From Hyperthermus butylicus DSM 5456 (GTDB lineage: Archaea; Thermoproteota; Thermoprotei_A; Sulfolobales; Pyrodictiaceae), in contig NC_008818.1 of the NCBI RefSeq assembly GCF_000015145.1, positions 1,530,001 through 1,562,000 of the forward strand: DNA of 32,000 bases. Reading direction: 5' to 3'. Positions 26,389 through 32,000 of the stretch are shown here, piece by piece. The translations under genes were made by a program, and so were the position numbers. The stretch's first letter is position 1. Every line of letters begins with the position of its first letter. The notes under the pieces were generated by a model that was given only the letters and a program-made list of their open reading frames with translations, did no database searches and was not told the DNA's origin.

Positions 26389-27111
26389 TTGGTAAACCTC
26401 ACGAAGATGTATAGGAGCCAACTAGACGTCTCTAGGCTCCCGCCAGATCTCCAAGACGTGCTCAAGGCTTTCGGCGCTGAGAGGAGGCTAGTAGAGAGAT
26501 ACGTACTCAGGGACGTAAACATAGAGGTCAAGCCAGGGGAGGTTGTGGCCGTCGTCGGCGCTAGCGGTGCCGGCAAGACAACCCTTCTGAGGATGGTTAT
26601 CGGAGCAGCACTCGGCATTGACAATGAAAACTACAGGACAACAAGTGGCAGGGTCGAGTTGCCAAGCAACGTTAGACTTGCCGCATTATTGCCGGGAGAG
26701 ATTGAGCCCGAGTTTGGCGATGAGACCTTGCTGGAGCACGTTTCGAGAAAGACTGGCGACCCTGCTGTGAGCGTGGAGATACTCAACGCTGTAGGCCTCA
26801 GCGACGCGATATTCTACAGGGCAAGATTTAGCGAGCTATCTACTGGGCAGAAGGAGAGAGCCAAGCTTGCCAGCCTCCTAGCCGAGAAGCCAAACCTGCT
26901 GATAATAGACGAGTTTACCGCCCACCTGGACCGACTCACAGCGCAGAGGGTTGCAAGGAAACTCGGCAAGCTTGCAAGGGCAGCGGGTATAACCGCTATA
27001 GCCTCGACTAACCGTCCCGAGGTGCTCGAAGCACTAGCGCCAGACAAGATCATACTAGTGGGCTACGGCTCTGCCACGGTGGTCTCCAAGGAGGAGCTAG
27101 GCCTTGGCTAG
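26389..27111 (+). CDS. ABC-type ATPase portion of the same COG2401-type gene
   Basis: Walker A 'GASGAGKTTLLRMV', signature 'LSTGQKERAKLASLLAEKP', Walker B 'LLIIDEFTAHLD'. The frame is open from 26266; only a TTG start is available at 26389. Confidence 0.88.
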   Translation: MVNLTKMYRSQLDVSRLPPDLQDVLKAFGAERRLVERYVLRDVNIEVKPGEVVAVVGASGAGKTTLLRMVIGAALGIDNENYRTTSGRVELPSNVRLAALLPGEIEPEFGDETLLEHVSRKTGDPAVSVEILNAVGLSDAIFYRARFSELSTGQKERAKLASLLAEKPNLLIIDEFTAHLDRLTAQRVARKLGKLARAAGITAIASTNRPEVLEALAPDKIILVGYGSATVVSKEELGLG

Positions 27112-28328
27112 GCCTCAACACCCGCCTCTTTCCTAGTCATGGATGGAGCTGCCTGGCTGGCTAACGGCTGAGACTGCTGCCATCCAGCGTACATGGAGAC
27201 TGACTGCTGAGTAAGGGGTCGCTGTGCCGCTAGCTGCATGTAGGGTGTTTGGATCTGCTGGATAGGCGGCTGAGGAGACGCCATGACGGGGTATGGTGCT
27301 GGCTGCAGCATTGGTTGGGCCTGCTGGGCTGGCAACTGTTGCGCCATGGGGAGCTGCGGCGGCTGGACTGGCGGAACCACGGCCTGCTGCAGGTACGGCT
27401 GGGCTGCCGGTGGTGCCATGGGCTGAGAGAACGCTTGCTGGTATAGGCGGCGTATATCCTCGTTTACGAGGTGTAGGTACACCTGGGTAACCTTGATGTC
27501 CTTATGGCCGAGGAGCCTCTGCACCGCAGGCAGTGGTAGACCCCTACGTAGAGCCTCTGTTGCGAATGTATGGCGTAGCACGTGGGGCCTAACCTTTCTC
27601 GGATCGAGACCTGCCCGCTTCGCCAGCGTCTTTAGCCTCTTATAGAGCCCACTATAGCTTATCCCAAGCAGCTTATCGTCTGGCTTCATGTCTGGATGCA
27701 GCTGGAGCCAGATCTGCATCGCATACTCAGTCAACGGGCCATAGAGGACTATCCTCTCCTCCCCGTACTTGGCGCCTCTTACTCTTATCTCGCGGCGCTG
27801 GAAGTCTATATCGCCGAGCCTGAGTTCTACAGCTTCCTGGGCTCGTAGCCCTGTCTCAAAGAGAAGCGCGACTATGAGGAGGTCTAGGGGGTCCCGGGCT
27901 GCCGCGAGTAGCTTCTCAACCTCCTCCCTACTCAGGGCTTCGACGCGTGCGCCGCGGGGCTTCTTTACCACCGGCACCTTTACATCTAGGCCTAGCCATG
28001 CTAGGAAGCCCCGGAGGAACAATGTGTAGTAGTGCATTGTTGCCTGGCGGCTGCGGGCGTCGAGGAGATTATTGCCGCTGCTCCTTGGCCTTCGCACACC
28101 CTTGGAGAGCCTCTCGTATATCCATGCGGAGACATCGCTGCTGTCTATCTGGAAGATGTGTTTGTCGCCTATGAAGTCTAGGAAGTCGCGTAGTGCTGCA
28201 CGGTAGGCCTTCACAGTCTTTGGGCTTGCACCAGCTGCGGCTAGGGCTGCAAGGAAAGCCTCAACTATCTCCTCGTTGCTCTTCGATTCTATTCCGGGCG
28301 GCGGCGGTGGCAGGTCGAATTTCGTCAA
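27108..28328 (-). CDS. Xer/XerA-type tyrosine recombinase with long Q/P-rich C-terminal tail
   Basis: SAM-like N-domain 'IVEAFLAALAAAGASPKTVKAYRAALRDFLDFIG'; catalytic 'TGLRAQEAVEL', 'AKYGEERIV', 'HVLRHTFATEAL', 'LLGHKDIKVTQVYLHL'; then a tail of about 110 residues rich in Q and P. Confidence 0.93.
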   Translation of the reverse strand: MTKFDLPPPPPGIESKSNEEIVEAFLAALAAAGASPKTVKAYRAALRDFLDFIGDKHIFQIDSSDVSAWIYERLSKGVRRPRSSGNNLLDARSRQATMHYYTLFLRGFLAWLGLDVKVPVVKKPRGARVEALSREEVEKLLAAARDPLDLLIVALLFETGLRAQEAVELRLGDIDFQRREIRVRGAKYGEERIVLYGPLTEYAMQIWLQLHPDMKPDDKLLGISYSGLYKRLKTLAKRAGLDPRKVRPHVLRHTFATEALRRGLPLPAVQRLLGHKDIKVTQVYLHLVNEDIRRLYQQAFSQPMAPPAAQPYLQQAVVPPVQPPQLPMAQQLPAQQAQPMLQPAPYPVMASPQPPIQQIQTPYMQLAAQRPLTQQSVSMYAGWQQSQPLASQAAPSMTRKEAGVEA

Positions 28329-28342
28329 GCAGCGTCCCTATC

Positions 28343-29635
28343 CTAGGTATTCCAGGCCCTTGCTGGGGCTTGGGGCTGCGGCTCCGTGTATAGCGGGGTG
28401 TTACCCTCCCGGAGCCTAGCATGGATTCCCAAGGCTATGTCCTCAATATTTTGCTCTTCTACAACAACCAAGTATGAATCATCGCTTGCTGGTAGTGCTG
28501 CTGTAGCCTTAAGCCCGAGCTGCTCGGGGCTGGCTTTGACACCGGCTAGGAGGAGCAAGGTCGCCCTGGCAGCCTCTACCACTCTGGTTTTGGAGGAGCA
28601 GAACGGCCGCGAGCCTAGCTCCTGTACCACAACAGTCTTCCCGCCTAGCACCTCGACCCTCGCTATCTCGCAGTACTCTTCGCCGCTAGGCGCCGGCCGC
28701 CCAATAATAGCCGGTACTATGCCTACTGCTCCCCCGCCACCCACAGGCGTGACATGCGTAGCTTGACCCGTAAAGCCCATGTATACGAGTTTAACCTCCA
28801 TAACCATGTTTCTGCCAGCCTTAGGCGTGAGCCTTAGTAAGCCAAGTCTAGCCAGGAGGACTGCCTGGCCCACACCTATCGCTCTAAGAGGCTCGGCACC
28901 AGGCTGGGGAGGCTCAACCGGGTATATGCCGGGTGGCTCTCTCAACACTCTAACCTCTCTCGCTCCCAGCAAGTTGCCGAGCACTAGGCCGGTGAGCACC
29001 TCTCCCGCCCAGCCAAGCATCATTATCCGGCCCGTGGAGCTTCCAGCCACGCCACCAGCTACGACGGGCACGACACCATGCTCGAGTAGTATGCTTATCT
29101 TTGCCTTCACGGACGCACTCGAAGCCGCGTAGTCCGGATCTGCGTTGAGGGGCTTACCTACAGCGATTATTCCGGCTTCCCTGCCGCTAAGCCATACAGC
29201 CTCGATACCCCTGCTTCGCAGTGCTGCCGCTGTAAGGGCTGCTGAGAGTTTTGACCCGTAGGAGAGGAGTAGGGCTGCTGCTTGCTCCCAGGACTCGCCG
29301 GCAACAGCCATGGTCCAGGCGATACGGGCCATGTCGTCGGAGAGACGAGAGTACTCGCCGCGGAGTATCTCTAGCTCCCTCTCACTAGTAACAGCGCCAC
29401 GAGCCATCGAGGCATACCTCGACATGACTGTTTTGACTATGCGCTCCCAGCTGTAACGGTGAGGTGAAATAGTAAACCTCCACAACTCCTCCTCAACATT
29501 GTACGCCGGACCGGCTACCAGCACCAGGCTATACTTATCCATAAGACCTTCAACAGTGTTTACTAGCGATATGAGTCGTGAAGAGTCCCGGAGAACCGAG
29601 GGCGTCACAACAACTACCAACGGCTCACCATGCAA
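28343..29635 (-). CDS. Divergent amino-acid-kinase (aspartokinase-like) fold protein
   Basis: 'KLSAALTAAALRSRGIEAVWLSGREAGI' and 'ISILLEHGVVPVVAGGVAGSSTGRIMMLGWAGEVLTGLVLGNLLGAREVRVLREPPGIY' follow aspartokinase architecture, but the N-terminal KFGG motif and the GRGGSD motif are absent. Confidence 0.65.
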   Translation of the reverse strand: MHGEPLVVVVTPSVLRDSSRLISLVNTVEGLMDKYSLVLVAGPAYNVEEELWRFTISPHRYSWERIVKTVMSRYASMARGAVTSERELEILRGEYSRLSDDMARIAWTMAVAGESWEQAAALLLSYGSKLSAALTAAALRSRGIEAVWLSGREAGIIAVGKPLNADPDYAASSASVKAKISILLEHGVVPVVAGGVAGSSTGRIMMLGWAGEVLTGLVLGNLLGAREVRVLREPPGIYPVEPPQPGAEPLRAIGVGQAVLLARLGLLRLTPKAGRNMVMEVKLVYMGFTGQATHVTPVGGGGAVGIVPAIIGRPAPSGEEYCEIARVEVLGGKTVVVQELGSRPFCSSKTRVVEAARATLLLLAGVKASPEQLGLKATAALPASDDSYLVVVEEQNIEDIALGIHARLREGNTPLYTEPQPQAPARAWNT

Positions 29636-29674
29636 CCAGGCCGGCCCCGGATAGGGTAGAAGGCTGGGAGGGGG

Positions 29675-30400
29675 TCAAGAGGTGCTATGTGCCTCCTCCC
29701 TCGCCACCCCTCCCGTCTTGGAGTGGCGTAGCAAACCTTGCAACACGCTTATGAACTTAGGTGGATCTATTGATATTACGCCCAGAGCCTCCGCAAACCT
29801 CCTCACACCCTCGTCATTGCTCACAAGGACTCCCCTAACCTCCAGTGCTAGGAGCACAGCGTCTAGATCCTCAACACTGTCCAGCATACCATGCCTTGTT
29901 GCCTCGCGGTAGCGCTCCCGTAGCCCCCGAATTATCGCGCCAAGCTTCTCTCTCCTAGCCTCCCTACTCGCCGTCTCTGCCGCATAGAGGCCACCGGCTT
30001 CGAAGGCTCTACGCACGTGCTCCTCTGCTACACGAAGCCCCCTTGCCAGCCTAGCACGAACCTCCTCCACGTAGTCCCTCACTATGCTTGCTGGTATCCT
30101 TATTTCATGCCTCGTTGGGGGCTTAATGGTTATCCATGCAGCTAGGGCCTCGAATGACTGTACTGTGACTCCATTGGAGAGGAGGAAACGGCGAGCCTCC
30201 TCGTACACCGTTGGCGGCATGTATACCTCCACGCCATAGGCTATCCTTACCGACGCTATGAGCTCAGCAAACCTTCTCACAGCTTCGTCCAAGCTTCCAC
30301 TCCCGAGGAGGCTTCTCAGCCTTGTATCGGTTAGCGCGCTCGTATCCAGCACATAGACCCTCAGCAGCCGCTGCAGCCTAGCCTCAGCCATGGCTGTCAC
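29675..30400 (-). CDS. PIN-domain 'RNA ligase partner' family protein
   Basis: 'VYVLDTSALTDTRLRSLLG', 'VYMPPTVYEEARRFLL', 'DSVEDLDAVLLALEVRGVLVSNDEGVRRFAEALG...' matches the archaeal family commonly found with ATP-dependent RNA ligase. Confidence 0.85.
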   Translation of the reverse strand: MTAMAEARLQRLLRVYVLDTSALTDTRLRSLLGSGSLDEAVRRFAELIASVRIAYGVEVYMPPTVYEEARRFLLSNGVTVQSFEALAAWITIKPPTRHEIRIPASIVRDYVEEVRARLARGLRVAEEHVRRAFEAGGLYAAETASREARREKLGAIIRGLRERYREATRHGMLDSVEDLDAVLLALEVRGVLVSNDEGVRRFAEALGVISIDPPKFISVLQGLLRHSKTGGVAREEAHSTS

Positions 30401-30484
30401 CTCTAGCCCGCATCCTCGCCTCCCTGCTGTATGCCTTGTAGCCTAGCCTACTCTAACTGTGTCTACGTCGCTACATGCGAAGGG

Positions 30485-30490
30485 TTTTAT
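30485..30490 (+). promoter_or_regulatory. Candidate TATA element for the following membrane protein gene
   Basis: 'ttttatac' core centred about 42 nt upstream of an in-frame TTG at 30530. It lies downstream of the track start 30431, arguing for the shorter protein. Confidence 0.35.
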
Positions 30491-30529
30491 ACTAATCAGC
30501 TCTGGGGCCTACACTGCATAGGGGCTAGC

Positions 30530-31156
30530 TTGGCTGAGAAATGCCGGCTCCCCGTAGCGCTCATAGCTGTAACGAGCTTCTTATCAATCCTCATACTATT
30601 CCTCCTCATAGCCAGTGACTTGGCCATCCTAGATCTCGTTGTAACCTATCTCGTCGCGGCAAGCCTAGCTAGCGGGATAGCCACATATCTTCTTGCTAGG
30701 AGGCTCGCAGCCACAGTGTATAGGGCTGCCGAGCTGCTACGACAGAACCTGGAGCAGCAAGCCTGTGTTGAGCCGAGGGTCCTCACAAGCTACGCATTGC
30801 TCCTCCACTCTGCAGCTGGCTTCGAGCAGGTAGGAGCTATGTGGCCCCTCGTAACTGCATCAGCCGGGATAGCCGGCATATACATTCTCGTCACATCATA
30901 CTACCTTCTATGGAGAAGCATAGCTGCCTTCAGAGAGGCCTGCAACGCAGATAACATGGCAAGCTATCCGAGTGTCGCAGCTATCGCTGCCGCCCTGCTT
31001 GCAAGCCTCGGACTAGCTGGCGTGTTACTAGCACCACTCTATAGTAGGGCTTGCCGCCTACTCGATAGCTGCGGGGTACAGCATGACGGACAAATGCAAG
31101 ATGAAGCAAATACTAGTACTCCTAGCATTAATAGCATACCTTTACGGCCTAGCTAA
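30530..31156 (+). CDS. Multi-pass membrane hypothetical protein
   Basis: Four or so hydrophobic segments. Start reassigned from 30431 to TTG 30530 on promoter position and because residues 1-33 lack coding character. Confidence 0.65.
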   Translation: MAEKCRLPVALIAVTSFLSILILFLLIASDLAILDLVVTYLVAASLASGIATYLLARRLAATVYRAAELLRQNLEQQACVEPRVLTSYALLLHSAAGFEQVGAMWPLVTASAGIAGIYILVTSYYLLWRSIAAFREACNADNMASYPSVAAIAAALLASLGLAGVLLAPLYSRACRLLDSCGVQHDGQMQDEANTSTPSINSIPLRPS

Positions 31157-31295
31157 CCCCCACCTATACATGTACGTCGTACGGGCTAGCCTCGCACTAC
31201 TCGCCATTACGGCCACCTACATCCTCCTCTCCTACATCTCAACCAGCTGCAGAGAGCCCAAGGCGCCGCCCAGGGGAAAGGCTGAGAGAAATTAA
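31083..31295 (+). CDS. Small two-TM hypothetical membrane protein
   Basis: 70-aa ORF 'MKQILVLLALIAYLYGLANPHLYMYVVRASLALLAITATYILLSYIS', overlapping the previous gene's 3' end. Confidence 0.55.
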   Translation: MTDKCKMKQILVLLALIAYLYGLANPHLYMYVVRASLALLAITATYILLSYISTSCREPKAPPRGKAERN

Positions 31296-31310
31296 GGAGA
31301 CATCTGTGGG

Positions 31311-32000
31311 CTAGTCTACCGGCGACAGACCAGTATCTAGCACTTTGCGCAGTTGTATCCACGTATCCTTTATCTTCCTCATCCTGGCCCGGAGGCCCTC
31401 ATCCTCCCTAGACGTTGAAACCACAACTATATCAACACCAAGCTCGGCCATGTAGCTTGTAAACTCTTCTAGCTCAACCTCATCGGCGAATACCAGTTCG
31501 AACTCCTCATAGAGCATATCACCCATTGCAACCTTCCTTATAGACTCCAGCGCTGGCTCTGTGGCTGCTCTGCCAAACTCTAGAGCAAGCTTCTCGAGCT
31601 GGGCATCGCCAAACCCCTCCTCATAGGCTCTAAAGAGTTCTCTTAGCAGCCTCGAGAAGAGGAAGGAGCGACCCTCCTCCATGAAGAATCTCATCCCATA
31701 CCTTACATCGCCTATGTTTACCGCCGAGGTGGTGTATTTTAGCGGTGGCACCCTGTACTCGGGATCCTTAGCGACTACGCCCTCACGCCCCTCCCTATCG
31801 AGTTCTGCAACTATCTGCTTAAACATCTCAACATCATTCTTGTCTATTACTCCGAGGAGCCGAACATGCTTTAACCCGTACTTTTCCAGCAGCTCGTTAC
31901 GCTCAAGCGGCGGCAACGGCTTCAACTCATGAAATAGGTCGAAGACGAAGTAGTCGAAGCGTGGAGCCTCCGGGTAGAAGTACCTCGTGTAGGGGTTTTC
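31311..32000 (-). CDS. Archaeal ATP-dependent RNA ligase (Rnl3-type), C-terminal part, running off the right edge
   Basis: The track begins at an internal Met, but the frame stays open to 32000: ENPYTRYFYPEAPRFDYFVFDLFHELKPLPPLERNELLEKYGLKHVRLLG...REGVVAKDPEYRVPPLKYTTSAVNIGDVRYGMRFFMEEGRSFLFSRLLRELF. Confidence 0.85.
   Translation of the reverse strand, partial: ENPYTRYFYPEAPRFDYFVFDLFHELKPLPPLERNELLEKYGLKHVRLLGVIDKNDVEMFKQIVAELDREGREGVVAKDPEYRVPPLKYTTSAVNIGDVRYGMRFFMEEGRSFLFSRLLRELFRAYEEGFGDAQLEKLALEFGRAATEPALESIRKVAMGDMLYEEFELVFADEVELEEFTSYMAELGVDIVVVSTSREDEGLRARMRKIKDTWIQLRKVLDTGLSPVD

Noticed and set aside
27249-29132. Plus-strand ORFs opposite the Xer and aspartokinase-like genes (27249..27446, 27293..27490, 27769..28029, 28386..28766, 28779..29132)
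   Set aside because: Antisense artefacts of high-GC coding sequence. The repeats in the first two mirror the Q/P-rich Xer tail.
1-32000. CRISPR arrays, rRNA genes, intact transposons or prophage-like gene sets
   Set aside because: No regularly spaced direct repeats, rRNA-like conserved blocks, integrase-flanked cassette, capsid/terminase genes, or complete transposase frame seen on either strand by eye. The Xer protein looks chromosomal XerA-like rather than an element integrase.

Overview
This 32-kb window reads as a high-GC, gene-dense chromosomal segment of a hyperthermophilic crenarchaeon. The closest feel is the Pyrodictiaceae/Desulfurococcales, but that placement is inference from gene content and codon style. 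Recognisable blocks, left to right: sfsA-panB-ketopantoate reductase (minus strand); an upper mevalonate block (HMG-CoA synthase, thiolase, DUF35 zinc/OB-fold protein, HMG-CoA reductase) with a small ferritin-like protein inserted; an AT-richer island with a secreted-type Cys-rich orphan protein and a broken VapBC pair; an MFS transporter; a lone OppD-like ABC ATPase; a 1.2-kb non-coding stretch with remnants; a HerA-NurA-CDP-alcohol phosphatidyltransferase operon; a flavodiiron protein; a PAPS-reductase-family protein; a second NurA-family protein; a PEBP-family protein; a GNAT + ABC-ATPase gene that appears split by two 1-nt frameshifts; a Xer-type recombinase with a long Q/P-rich tail; a divergent aspartokinase-fold protein; and an RNA-ligase-partner PIN protein near an archaeal ATP-dependent RNA ligase that runs off the right edge. 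I found no CRISPR array, rRNA or convincing tRNA, and no unambiguous new multi-gene system. The items most worth following up are the free-standing homologue of the encapsulin-fused ferritin-like domain, the split GNAT/ABC gene, the 11-Cys tail protein, the duplicated NurA context, the Xer tail, and the aspartokinase-like protein lacking the usual GRGGSD motif.
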